Assembly (NCBI GenBank): GCA_963733675.1
Contig: CAVTET010000001.1
Coordinates: 480,001 to 544,000 of the forward strand
Direction: 5' to 3'
Length of the DNA: 64,000 bases
From: an uncultured Methanosarcinaceae archaeon
Lineage (GTDB): Archaea; Halobacteriota; Methanosarcinia; Methanosarcinales; Methanosarcinaceae
Positions 1 through 11,106 of the stretch are shown one piece after another (within the stretch, counting starts at the first letter, position 1; every line of letters starts with the position of its first letter). A program made the position numbers and the translations under genes. Below the pieces are notes generated by a model. It did not search any database and was not told the DNA's origin. It was given only the letters and a program-made list of their open reading frames with translations.

Positions 1-281
1 ATCTTCTTATCGAACCCACATATCACATCTAAAGCCAAGAACATCTTCCAGAAACAACAGGTAAGCTACCTTTATACTATAATACTATAATTTCTTTTTT
101 AATTCAAAATTATTGTGCCACATTGCAATGTATCTACTGTAGCTCTAATATGACGGTTTGATTTTTATGTTGAGGGGATATCTTCATTCTTTCAAATATG
201 AAAATCTCCTTTCAATATGAAAATCAAAAAGTCAAATTAGGGATACAAACTCTTTCATACAATTTCAGAATCTATAACCGT

Positions 282-3089
282 TTACTTTTCCTTCCCCGAA
301 TCCCGCAGGAACTTATGCAAAATTCCGCCGTTTAGGTAGTACTTTATTTCAACAGTAGAATCGAGTCTCAATATCACATGAAAATGTATCTCTTCCTCTT
401 TTTCGTTCTTTGCCCTTATTAAAAGCTCTCCATGAGGCTCCATGTTTTCAATGCCCAGTATATCATAGCTTTCCTTTCCTGTGAGACCAAAGTAATCTGC
501 ATTTTCTTCATCTTTAAATTGCAGTGGAAGAACTCCCATGCCAATAAGGTTGCTTCTATGTATGCGTTCAAAAGATTCGGCAATGACTGCCTTTACTCCG
601 AGGAGAAATGTACCTTTAGCTGCCCAATCTCTGGAACTTCCTGTACCATACTCCTTTCCTGCGATAATTATTAGGGGGATATCATTTTCAGCATAAAGTA
701 TAGCTGCGTCATAGATTGAAATTTCTCTGAATGATTCATCTGGGCTGTCTTTTTTTTGGGGATTGTATAAAGTCCAGCTACCTTCCTTGGTCACGAGTCT
801 ATTCCTAAGTCGAATGTTCCCGAAGGTTCCGCGCATCATTACCTCATGATTACCCCTGCGGGATCCATAAGAGTTGAAGTTCTCAGGACCCACACCCCAG
901 GATATCAGATATTTGCCTGCAGGACTATCTGATGGGATGTCCCCTGCAGGAGAGATATGGTCCGTAGTAATGCTATTTCCAAAAAGGGCTAGGACTCTGG
1001 CATTCCTTATATCCTTCGGCAAAGGTGAAACGAGCGAAAAATCCACAAAATAGGGGGGTTCTTGGATATAGGTGGATATGGGGTTCCATTCATAGAGAAT
1101 ACTAACTGGAGATTTCAGCTCTTTCCATATTTTAGGACCCTCCAGAAAACCTGAATACTCTTTTTTGAACATTGAAGATTTAATGCTACTCTTCTCAACA
1201 TCTCTGATTTCCTCCTCTAAAGGCCAGATATCCTTGAGGTAAACAGGGCGTCCATTGGGATCATGAGCAAGTGGGTCAGTTTCTAGATTGATATTTACAG
1301 TACCTGCAATTGCGTAGGCGACTACAAGAGGAGGAGAGGCAAGATAATTTGCCTTGACAAGTGGATTGATTCTTCCTTCAAAATTTCGATTCCCACTTAT
1401 TACGGCTGCAACAGTGAGATCGTTTTTTTTCACTTCCTTTGAAACGTGTTCCGGTAGAAATCCACTATTCCCTATACAGGTCATACAACCATAGCCAACC
1501 GTGTGAAAACCTAGGTCTTCTAGATAAGGCATCAGGCCTGCATATCTCAGATATTCCGTAGCTACTCTTGAACCAGGAGATAGACTAGTTTTTACATACG
1601 GTTTGACGTGCAGGCCCTTTTCTACGGCCTTTTTTGCGAGTAGCCCAGCTCCTATGAGCACATATGGATTTGAGGTATTGGTGCAGGAGGTGATGGATGC
1701 AATCACTACAGAACCATGTGTTACCCTGGAAGTCCTCTCCGGAAATGCCATTTCCTTTACATCTTCTTCGATAAGGGACTCAAATTCCTTGACAGGTGTT
1801 CCACCTTCTTCTATCCAATGCTGGTAAGCAGGATCTCTGGAAAGCTCAATTTTAGCCTCTTTCTTTTTGATAAAGGTTTGTTGCATTGTTTCATGGTATT
1901 TTTCAGGAACTTCACTCAAAAAGAGCTGGTCTTGGGGGCTTTTTGGGCCTGCAAGACAGGTCTTAACAGTACTCATATCAAGTTCCATGGTACTGCTAAA
2001 CATAGGTTCAGGTTTGTGGATTGAATATAGAAGATCCTGAGCTTCAAGGTACTTTTTCACAAGATCAATTTGCTCTTCTTCTCTGCCAGTCTTTCGTAAG
2101 TAGTTCAGAGTCTCAGTGTCAGGTGGAAAAATTCCAATAGTTGCCCCGTACTCTGGAGCCATGTTGGATATAGTTGCTCTATCCGGAAGGCTCAGGGAGC
2201 TTAAGCCAGGCCCATAAAATTCCACAAATTTACCTACAACGCCCTTGTTTCTTAGCATTTTCGTAATTGTCAGGACGAGATCTGTGGCATTAACGCCTGA
2301 ATGAAGTTTTCCGTATAGCTTGAAGCCAACAACCTCGGGGACAGGAATATAGTAAGGCTGTCCAAGCATTACTGCTTCGGCTTCTATACCTCCTACACCC
2401 CAGCCTAGTACTCCTATCCCGTTGATCATTGTGGTATGTGAATCTGTCCCTAAAAGGGTATCTGGGAATGCTAACAGCTCTCCTTCATTCTCACTGAGAT
2501 GCACAAGAGGTGTCAGATACTCAAGGTTCACTTGATGAATGATTCCTCTACCTGGAGGCACAACTCTGAAATTTTTAAAGGCTTTCTGGGCCCAGCCGAG
2601 GATTGAATATCGTTCTCTGTTGCGTTCAAACTCTTTATTTTCATTTTCCTCAAGAGCATATGCTGTCCCATAGAAATCAACCTGAACTGAGTGGTCAATT
2701 ACGAGATCTACAGGGATGATAGGTTTTATTTTCTCGGGATCGTCTCCTAGATGCTGCATTGCCGAGCGGAGGGCTGCCAGATCCACTACAGCAGGAACAC
2801 CTGTAAAATCTTGCATGATTACCCTTGATGGAATGAAAGGGATATCTCTCTCACTTGTTTTTTCAGGATTCCAGTCAGCAAGAGCCCATACATCCTCAGC
2901 AGTTATTATTTGCTTTTCAGTATCCTCATGCCGGAGAAGGGATTCCAGCAATATTTTTATAGAGTAGGGGAGCAGAGAAATCCCTTCAAACCCCTTTTCT
3001 TTCAGTTTGTTCAATCTGTAAATAGTAGCTTTTCCAGAAGCTGTTTCGATAATATCTCTTACCCCATAGGGGTCATGGCCTTCTCTCAT
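282..3089 (-). CDS. acnA: Aconitate hydratase A
   Basis: Motifs QDFTGVPAVVDLAA, DHSVQVD, GTDSHT, SCTNTSN, GCMTCIGNSG, TTDHISPAG, GSSRDWAAKG. ATG at 3089 follows a GGAGGT SD-like motif; the ORF track start is 3107. Confidence 0.96.
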   Translation of the reverse strand: MREGHDPYGVRDIIETASGKATIYRLNKLKEKGFEGISLLPYSIKILLESLLRHEDTEKQIITAEDVWALADWNPEKTSERDIPFIPSRVIMQDFTGVPAVVDLAALRSAMQHLGDDPEKIKPIIPVDLVIDHSVQVDFYGTAYALEENENKEFERNRERYSILGWAQKAFKNFRVVPPGRGIIHQVNLEYLTPLVHLSENEGELLAFPDTLLGTDSHTTMINGIGVLGWGVGGIEAEAVMLGQPYYIPVPEVVGFKLYGKLHSGVNATDLVLTITKMLRNKGVVGKFVEFYGPGLSSLSLPDRATISNMAPEYGATIGIFPPDTETLNYLRKTGREEEQIDLVKKYLEAQDLLYSIHKPEPMFSSTMELDMSTVKTCLAGPKSPQDQLFLSEVPEKYHETMQQTFIKKKEAKIELSRDPAYQHWIEEGGTPVKEFESLIEEDVKEMAFPERTSRVTHGSVVIASITSCTNTSNPYVLIGAGLLAKKAVEKGLHVKPYVKTSLSPGSRVATEYLRYAGLMPYLEDLGFHTVGYGCMTCIGNSGFLPEHVSKEVKKNDLTVAAVISGNRNFEGRINPLVKANYLASPPLVVAYAIAGTVNINLETDPLAHDPNGRPVYLKDIWPLEEEIRDVEKSSIKSSMFKKEYSGFLEGPKIWKELKSPVSILYEWNPISTYIQEPPYFVDFSLVSPLPKDIRNARVLALFGNSITTDHISPAGDIPSDSPAGKYLISWGVGPENFNSYGSRRGNHEVMMRGTFGNIRLRNRLVTKEGSWTLYNPQKKDSPDESFREISIYDAAILYAENDIPLIIIAGKEYGTGSSRDWAAKGTFLLGVKAVIAESFERIHRSNLIGMGVLPLQFKDEENADYFGLTGKESYDILGIENMEPHGELLIRAKNEKEEEIHFHVILRLDSTVEIKYYLNGGILHKFLRDSGKEK

Positions 3090-4407
3090 TATTCTTACCT
3101 CCAGCAAAAATATGAAATTGGAAATGATATATTATGACTCTTTTTATTCTATGAAAGCTTCTTCTGTCCTGAAACATTTTATTCCTTCTGGCTTAATATT
3201 ACATTTTTTGAAATGCGGAAGTTTTCCCATGCTAATAATCTTTACTGCAGTGTGCCGATCATCCTGTAAAAATCACAAAGCTCAGAAAGTGAAAAGCATA
3301 TTTGGATACCGGGTAATTATCATCGTTTTGAGCAAAGATTACGAAGGATTAATAGATTACTATCAAACTTCGATCTATACTAATAGAACCCTTATAATGT
3401 TTAGACACCTGGATTTTATCAAAATTGTCAGCAAATGATGGCGAATATTCAGACAAGTTCTAAGGGATTGAGAAAATGGTGTGCAGAATTCCAATTTTAC
3501 ATGTTGTTTGGACAACTATATAGAGCTCCTATTTTGGAAAAAATAGAAAGTCTATGATTGATGTAAGAGCTTTTTCTACTAATCCTTTAAAAGCAAGGCC
3601 TGAAAGAATTGTATAATTCAACCCTTATGAAAACGCAATGACTGCATGTTTTTCTAGCTCTATAATCCCTGATGTAATTTAAATATTTTCCAACATATAT
3701 TAATATCAAATTTTCAGCTGAAAATGATATATTCATTTGCAGCCTATAGTACTAAGATACGATACCTTACATGATCGTAAAGATGAAGTTTATCATTGAG
3801 TCAGGATGTATTTTTACTTCCCAGAGTACTCTACAATTAGCTGCATTTATGAGTAGTTCTACACATTTTTATTACGACAGCTCTATTTTGGGTTCTGATG
3901 CAAAAAATCTGGCTTTGTTGTAAAATCAATAAAAAAACTTCACAATTAGGAAAGTTAATCAATATAATTAAGGGAAAAATGATAACCAAAGGTAAGAATT
4001 ATAGTGTCAAACTGCGGAAATATTATTTTTGCACCAGGACCCTACAGAAATAGACGGGAAGTCAGTAGACCCGAATGACCCATTAGCCGAGCAGGCAGCA
4101 AATGCAGTTCATGGTAAAATCATAACCTTCAAAATCAATGTCGACGAAGCCTCCCAAGAAGCCAAACAGACCCATCATCTTGATAGTAATATTTCACAAT
4201 AAGTCCACGACACATATGTGCACATGGGGTTCGCTATTACCTAACTCATAAGCTTCGGAGTATAGAGAAACGCATACCAATTTGCTTCTGTGTTACAAGC
4301 TTAATCCCAAATGTTGTTTCATTTTTAGAATTATAATACAGGATATCCAACTCTTTAGATGTGGATACCCTATCTAGAAATCCAATTATTTTTAATCTAC
4401 TTTAATA

Positions 4408-5145
4408 CTAAGTGTTTTTTCCTGTTTTATGGTGTTTGGAGTGATTTTTGTGTTTATGTTTATGTTTGCTCAACTGAGCTTTAGCCTTGTGGCCATTAGA
4501 TTCTAAATTTTGTATTTCTGTTGTAGAAGGTCCACTGGTATACATATTGGGTTCATTGCCATACCCATTAGGTTCATTCCCGTACCAATAAGGTTCATTG
4601 CCATACATAGGCCTGTCATACTTAGATACAGGGACTATAGCATCGCCATAACTGCTATTGTTAAGTCCACCGCCACTGGTAGGTCCAGGGTTATTGGTTG
4701 GATGTTCATAGATAGCTGTTGTAGTAGTATTGGGTGTAATTACTGGTTGGTTGTTGAATGAACCTGTTGCAAACGCTGAATTGGTTACAGAACCAGCATC
4801 AATATCTGCCTGTGTTATTGTGTGGATACTTATTCCGGTAAGGATGCTGCCTACGTCAATACCGTCGGTGCTTAGAGTAGTTGTTTCAGTTAAATTATCT
4901 GTAATATTGATGTTTCCTGTGAGACTCACATCTCCTGAGTTAGTTACCATGTAGAAGTATGTGATATTTTGTTCTATAGCATTATACTTTGTAGGAAATG
5001 CTAACTCTACTATTTTCAAAGCTGGACCCTTATTACCGGCGACTGCTACCGAACTTAAAACTAAACACAAAACAAGAAGTCCAGTGAAAATTAATATTCT
5101 TGTTTTTATATTCACATTGGCTTTTATACTATGAATTTTTTCCAT
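4408..5145 (-). CDS. Secreted/surface protein with DUF11/DUF7507-like Ig domain, GNEPxxY repeats and His/Lys-rich tail
   Basis: Hydrophobic signal peptide; ITYFYMVTNSGDVSL and ITQADIDAGSVTNSAFATG match DUF7507-like repeats; ATG at 5145 after GGAGA. Confidence 0.7.
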   Translation of the reverse strand: MEKIHSIKANVNIKTRILIFTGLLVLCLVLSSVAVAGNKGPALKIVELAFPTKYNAIEQNITYFYMVTNSGDVSLTGNINITDNLTETTTLSTDGIDVGSILTGISIHTITQADIDAGSVTNSAFATGSFNNQPVITPNTTTTAIYEHPTNNPGPTSGGGLNNSSYGDAIVPVSKYDRPMYGNEPYWYGNEPNGYGNEPNMYTSGPSTTEIQNLESNGHKAKAQLSKHKHKHKNHSKHHKTGKNT

Positions 5146-5372
5146 AATTATCTCCACGTTGATTTATTTGAAAATTTCACACCTATTTTTGATCCAATTT
5201 CTAATATTTTATAGAACAGTTTATTCTCAAATTGAAGGATTAATTCTCGAATTTTAATTGTTGATCAATGACTAAAAATGGAGTATCACCCATATTTGGT
5301 CTAATACTATCAAGAGTTTTTATATGTATAACTCTTTATTTTTTGCTACATAATTCCCATATAGGACCGTGT

Positions 5373-5656
5373 CTAAAGACTAAAAATGTAATTATATAAT
5401 GTAATTTCTTTGCTATACCAATCTTTTGAATACTGTGGATTAATTTCAGTTGCTTCGTCATAGGTTTTTATTGCGTCATCTGATTTATTTATATTCGATA
5501 CATTATTGCTTCCAGAGTTAGGAATATATGCAAATGACCCCTCACCTGCGAGACTCACTAGATTAAAAGCATAAGCACAGTAATTCCTAAAGTCATTGTG
5601 ATGGTATGCATTTTACACTCAGTATCATATGTTGTTTTGTTCATATTCAGTCTCAT
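5373..5656 (-). pseudogene. Relic of a secreted YVTN beta-propeller/TPR protein
   Basis: Signal-like N-terminus, a frameshift near 5560, then FAYIPNSGSNNVS (YVTN repeat start) joined directly to DDAIKTYDEATEINPQYSKDWY (TPR). Confidence 0.6.
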
Positions 5657-6245
5657 GATTATGTTTTAGACATTAATGATGGGAACTAAATAAACAAATG
5701 TACAAGAATTAGTACTTCACTCTATAAATAAAGTTCACCTATTTAAAAAATATATTTTTTAAATTATAAAATAAATTCGGATATTTTTTTAAAATTAATC
5801 TGAACTTTCAAAGCCCCATAAATGCAATAATTTTTTAAATTGAAAAAAGCTATTCATGAAAAACGTTTAATCTGAAGTAAGATATAAGCCGAGAAAAGTT
5901 GCATTGTAAGATAGAACATAAAGAATACTATCAAAGTCCTTGATCCTGCATAAACAATACGGAATTGGAATCAATAGTCTGATGAAGTGAATCGATTATA
6001 AGTCTTCCAGCATGCCACCATTGAAGATTCGGAGATACTTTAGTCAACTACGAACGTTTGTTGGGTTGGATAAGATACATTTAAGAGTCTTAGATGAAAT
6101 TCATAAGAAACTATCAAAAAATTTGATATAATAACTTAGCTGAAGTCATTTATTGATTGTCGGAAAAAGGCTTTCGTCTGTAATAATTAATGAGCTAAGC
6201 CTCACGTAATGTTAATACTGATTAGTTTAAGTTAGAACTTCACAA

Positions 6246-6273
6246 ATATATATATATATATATACATATATAT
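6246..6273. repeat. (TA)n microsatellite
   Basis: atatatatatatatatatacatatatat read directly. Confidence 0.85.
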
Positions 6274-6971
6274 CTTAAAGTATATGTTAAATTAAATTTA
6301 ATTATCTCTAATAAATTTCCCCGTATATTCAATTAGATATTCGATCGAGTTGCAGGTATCTCCCTTTGCCTGTAGCTCATAAGATCAACTTTTTGATATC
6401 TAAGATCAACCTGGTCACCTAAACTAATTAAATAAAGTGAAAAAAATCTCTCATTGGAATTAGAGTATAATTGGAGTATATAATCTTCAAATATTATCTT
6501 TTTGTGTATTACATAATCTTGCAAAAGTTTGCTACTGAGCTGAAACAAGAGCTTCAGACAACCTGAGAGCCACATCGTCATTTATCCCCTTCCGCATCCG
6601 TAGGTAAGTTCAAGATATCGTTTCACTAAATATTATCTATTTATACTAATGAAATTTTTTATATATTTTTGATTGTTATCTTGGTATTTAGATGTAATAA
6701 TAATAAAATAATGTCGTATTTTATCACAAAAAACTTATTGTATTGACAGAATGTATTTCCAAAAAAAGAAAAATGTTAAAGTAATATCACCTAAAATATA
6801 ACTTTTAATCGTATGAAGAAAAAAAGGTATAAAGCCAATTTACAAGCATATGATAACATTTTGGGGTTTATCAAACAAATCTGAAATTTATGATTATATC
6901 CAATTAGGATTGAAGAATAAATTTGCCGAGAAGTACAATTTTCGCTTAAATCATTAAGAGGGAGATCATAA

Positions 6972-8330
6972 ATGTCATTATTCGGAACTAACGGTGTACG
7001 TGGGATAGCTAACGAATATCTGAATCCAGAACTTACACTCAATTTAGCCAGAAGCCTTGGTACATACATGGGCTCAAAAGGCACGGTTGCTATAGGCTGT
7101 GACACCCGCATCTCTGGGCAGATGTTGAAATCAGCTGCAATTTCTGGAGCTCTTTCAACGGGTCTAAATGTAATTGATGTGGGAATTGTTCCCACTCCTT
7201 CTATCCAGTATTATGTTCGTGACTATGCCGATGCTGGGATCATTATTACCGCGTCCCATAATCCAAGAGAATATAATGGAATCAAATTTATTTCAGGGGA
7301 TGGTTCGGAGTTTCCCAGGGATGGAGAAAAAGATATCGAGAAAATTTATTACTCAGGGAAATATGGCATCGTATCGTGGGAAAAAACTGGTAGCTTCAGA
7401 GTGGATCCAATAGTCAATGAGTATTATACCACAAGTATAATCAATTCAGTAGATGCCGAAAATATTCGCAACCGCAGATTCAAGGTAGTTACTGATACAG
7501 GCTGTGGAGCAGGATCTTTTACACTTCCTTTTTTACTACGTGACCTAGGTTGCCAGGTGCTCACTCTTGGAGCTCAGCCTGACGGAACTTTCCCTTGGCG
7601 AAACCCAGAACCTACACATGAAACCCTAACAGAACTATTAGAACTTGTAAAAATAACAGGAGCTGATATGGGAGTAGCTCATGACGGGGATGCGGATAGA
7701 ATAGTGTTTATAGATGAAAATGGGGTCTTCGTAAATGATGACGTTCTGCTTGCCATGATGGCAAAATATATGCTTGAACACGAAAGGGGACCTCTTGTAA
7801 CCCCTGTTAGCTCTTCACAGCGTATGTCAGATGTCGCAAATGAGGCAGGAGTTGAACTCTACTGGACTGCTGTTGGCTCAATCAATGTCGCCCGAAAGAT
7901 GATGGAAATAAATGCAGTATTTGGGGGGGAAGGCAATGGAGGCCTCATTTTTCCCAAACATCTGTATTGTAGAGACGGAGCAATGGCCTGTGCCAAAATT
8001 CTTGAAATCTTGTCTAGTGGAAAGAGACTTTCAGAGCTTGCTAAAAGTGTGCCTGAGTATTTCAACGCAAAGACAAAAATCCCCTCTAAAAATACGCAGG
8101 ATACAATGGAAAGAGTGAAACTTAAAGCTTCAGAACTTGGGTTCAACATAGATACTACAGACGGAATCAAAATGTGGTATGAAGATGGCTGGGTTCTTAT
8201 TCGCCCCTCTGGTACGGAACCAATTTTCAGAATATTTGCTGAGGCAAAAAAACAGGTAAGGGCAGAAGAACTCATGCGTGAAGGTATGAATATGGTCATA
8301 AGAGCAGAGAAGGCTTCAAACCTCGAATGA
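6972..8330 (+). CDS. glmM: Phosphoglucosamine mutase / phosphomannomutase (alpha-D-phosphohexomutase)
   Basis: LFGTNGVRG, TASHNP active-site Ser, HDGDADR metal loop, RPSGTEP. The family is secure; substrate specificity is less so. Confidence 0.88.
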   Translation: MSLFGTNGVRGIANEYLNPELTLNLARSLGTYMGSKGTVAIGCDTRISGQMLKSAAISGALSTGLNVIDVGIVPTPSIQYYVRDYADAGIIITASHNPREYNGIKFISGDGSEFPRDGEKDIEKIYYSGKYGIVSWEKTGSFRVDPIVNEYYTTSIINSVDAENIRNRRFKVVTDTGCGAGSFTLPFLLRDLGCQVLTLGAQPDGTFPWRNPEPTHETLTELLELVKITGADMGVAHDGDADRIVFIDENGVFVNDDVLLAMMAKYMLEHERGPLVTPVSSSQRMSDVANEAGVELYWTAVGSINVARKMMEINAVFGGEGNGGLIFPKHLYCRDGAMACAKILEILSSGKRLSELAKSVPEYFNAKTKIPSKNTQDTMERVKLKASELGFNIDTTDGIKMWYEDGWVLIRPSGTEPIFRIFAEAKKQVRAEELMREGMNMVIRAEKASNLE

Positions 8331-9944
8331 ATTTTTCAGTAAGTAACTGGAAAATTTTAAGTTTTGTAGGAATTAAGTTAGTTTTTGGATCTTAAACTCC
8401 TTTTCAATGATCCTTATTTAAGTTTCTGTCTCTTTATTTTTTAATTTTCTTAGTGTGCTTCCTTACTTTGATTATAGTATAAATATCTTTTTTCCCAAAG
8501 AATAGTATTTTATTTATCAATTAGCATGATTTTATATTTGATAAATAGCAATAAACCCTCAAAATAGCAACTATTTTGAGGAATAGAAATATAAAAACGA
8601 AGCACCTCACATTCACAGTTATTTCATCACTGAAGTCTTAATACACTGAAAATGTGGATATCCTAAGTTGGAAAAAGTAACAGAAGATTTGATAGTACTA
8701 TTTAACCCCTATTTTACCTTTTGATTTTTATGTTAAAAAAAATTTTCATCTTTAAGAGGAATGAATAAGTAATATTGTGGTCGACCAATTTTCGACCTAC
8801 TCTTTATAATCCTATTTTGATGGATAATTATGTCCTTGATAGTTATTTTTTCAAATTTTAAGAGAATTTTTGATATGAATTCGACAGGTTATATGATAAC
8901 GAAGGTGGAATCAAAATACTGTATAAAAAAATTATAGTAACAACCACGCTAAGAGGGAACAAAAAATATGCATTCTATCCTATTTTTCAGGCTTTTTGAT
9001 TTGGAGGTAACGAATGAGAGACAGTACTAATAAAATATATGAATATCATCAAATCATTTTTGACTAAAAGATGATTTTCATTCCAAATGGAATTTATGCT
9101 ATCAAAATTAGAATGATTTCTATAAACCTTTATTATCAAGAGTCATTTAATATTCTATTTATAAGCATATGGCGAAGTTTGGGATTTTATTGAAATTTTC
9201 TTAAAAGAGTAATCGGTAATCTAAGACCAACAAAAAGACATTTTCAACGAAAACAACTTGAAAATGGAAATTAAGCCAAGTATCAGGAGTAAAGGGGAAT
9301 ATTCAATAGGTTATATATGGATTAAAAAAGGAAACATACCTAAAACTAAATTCAGATTACTGAAATAGGTCAGAAGAATGGAAACAAGATTGAAAAAGGT
9401 AATTTATGTGGAATTATCTCACCTAGTTTATTGAATCTTACATTCCACATATGTGTATATCTACGGAATGTAAAATACGATTCAAAGTTAATTTTATTTT
9501 CTTTGACTTCAAAATTTTTCTTTTGTACAAATACATTCTGGCGAAAAATAAGTTTTTGTAATAAATAACTCCATCAATTATTATAATCATTCAAATTTGG
9601 GTTATAGGCCTTAGAATAATACTAGAAGGCTCAAATATTTACAAAAGTTTAGCCCTCGTAAAATACATACATTTATTCCAATCTTAAATCCAAAGTTGAA
9701 AAAGAGAAAGTACAAAAAAGAAAGAAACTTAAAAGCTTTTCCAGTATTTCTTCTAATTTTGTATTTTCCATAATTATACAACTCTAGATGGCTTAAATGT
9801 GAATATTTACAATGAAAACTAAATCTTTTTTTCGAATTGTGATCAATTCGCGAATTCACAATAATTATTCAAACCAAGAGTTCCAAAGACATATATTCTA
9901 ATTAACAGAATAAGCTTGAGCTCTATTCGTAGAGGTTCTTTTTT

Positions 9945-11069
9945 TCATATTTTCCGGTGTTTTTCCCAGTACCCTGTGAGTTTGCCTTCAAGAGCAAGTT
10001 TTCCGAGCTCACTCCGAACTCTGCCACTTACTTCTGCTGGAACTGCAGATGAATAAGGTGTTCCTGGAAGTGGGGTCAGGTAGTGTACCCTGACAATTCC
10101 TCCTTTTCTGCAGATCCAGTGAATCATGTCAAGACTTTTTTCCTGATCCTCTTCGGTTTCGGTTGGGAAGCCGAAGATAAAGTCTACTGTTGGAATAATT
10201 TTATATTTCAGGCAACACTCTACTGCTGCGATACTATCTTCTACAGTATGTCCCCTCTGGATCTCTTTGAGGATGCGATTGCTTCCGGACTGGGCACCAA
10301 AGCTAAGGCTGTAGTTTGCGCAATATTTTCTCACAAGTTCAGCTGACTCTTCAGTCACAAATTCGGGGCGTACCTCTGAAGGGAAAGTCCCAAAAAATAG
10401 TTTCTTATGGGGCATTTCGTGAAGGGAAGACAGTAGTCTTTCCACTTCGTCAAATCTGGGGTGAATTCCATCACTTCCATAAGCGAAAGCATTGGAGGCT
10501 ATAAATCGAAGGTCTCTATAGTACACGGAATTTTTCAAGATGGAATTAATGCTTCGGTGCCTGATTTCTCTTCCGAAAAGCCTGGGGGTCTGACAGTATT
10601 TACAGCCCCAGGGGCATCCCCGGCTGATTTCAATCGGAGCACAAAGTTTTTGTGGGTCAAAACAGGGATAGCTATCTAGATTTACATAGGGTCTTTTTGG
10701 GGTTGTGACAATTTTGCCTGTTTCGGAGTCTTTATAAACAATACCCCTTATTTTTGTTGGATCTCCCCCTTCCTGCAAAACCTTCACAAGTTCTGGAAGA
10801 GTTTCTTCACCTTCTCCGAGAACAACATAATCGAAGTATTCAAGCACTTCATCTGGATCTCCTGATGGATGAGGGCCTCCTGCAATAAAAATCGAATCTA
10901 TTTCTGCATTTTTGACTTCCGTGAAAACCTTTTCCGCCTGTCGCGTTGTAAAACTGTAAATCATGATACCTTTTAGCGGCCTATCTGCAAACAAGGCTTC
11001 TGGTACCAAAGGAGCAAGGACCGCAAAGCTATAGGAATTTTTCTTAGTGTAGCGAAAGTGCACATCCAT
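9945..11069 (-). CDS. B12-binding-domain / radical SAM protein (TIGR04013-like)
   Basis: AGGPHPS and GEGEETL (B12-binding-like domain); SRGCPWGCKYCQ (CxxxCxxC); TPLPGTP. Confidence 0.85.
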   Translation of the reverse strand: MDVHFRYTKKNSYSFAVLAPLVPEALFADRPLKGIMIYSFTTRQAEKVFTEVKNAEIDSIFIAGGPHPSGDPDEVLEYFDYVVLGEGEETLPELVKVLQEGGDPTKIRGIVYKDSETGKIVTTPKRPYVNLDSYPCFDPQKLCAPIEISRGCPWGCKYCQTPRLFGREIRHRSINSILKNSVYYRDLRFIASNAFAYGSDGIHPRFDEVERLLSSLHEMPHKKLFFGTFPSEVRPEFVTEESAELVRKYCANYSLSFGAQSGSNRILKEIQRGHTVEDSIAAVECCLKYKIIPTVDFIFGFPTETEEDQEKSLDMIHWICRKGGIVRVHYLTPLPGTPYSSAVPAEVSGRVRSELGKLALEGKLTGYWEKHRKI

Positions 11070-11106
11070 TATTTTTTGCTCCTTTTTTTAGAAATGTCGG
11101 TTCTCT

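Noticed and set aside
3112-3438. 108-aa ORF and similar AT-rich ORFs (6791, 9611, 16720, 17143, 23111)
   Set aside because: Low-complexity F/I/L/K-rich translations typical of non-coding AT-rich DNA or antisense to IS relics.
3979-4300. GC-richer patch that may be a small Zn-ribbon gene relic
   Set aside because: Needs several assumed frameshifts and I could not recognise a family.
6480-6625. Possible SAM-methyltransferase fragment (YLELTYGCGRG*) on the minus strand
   Set aside because: One short degenerate motif is not enough to call a feature.
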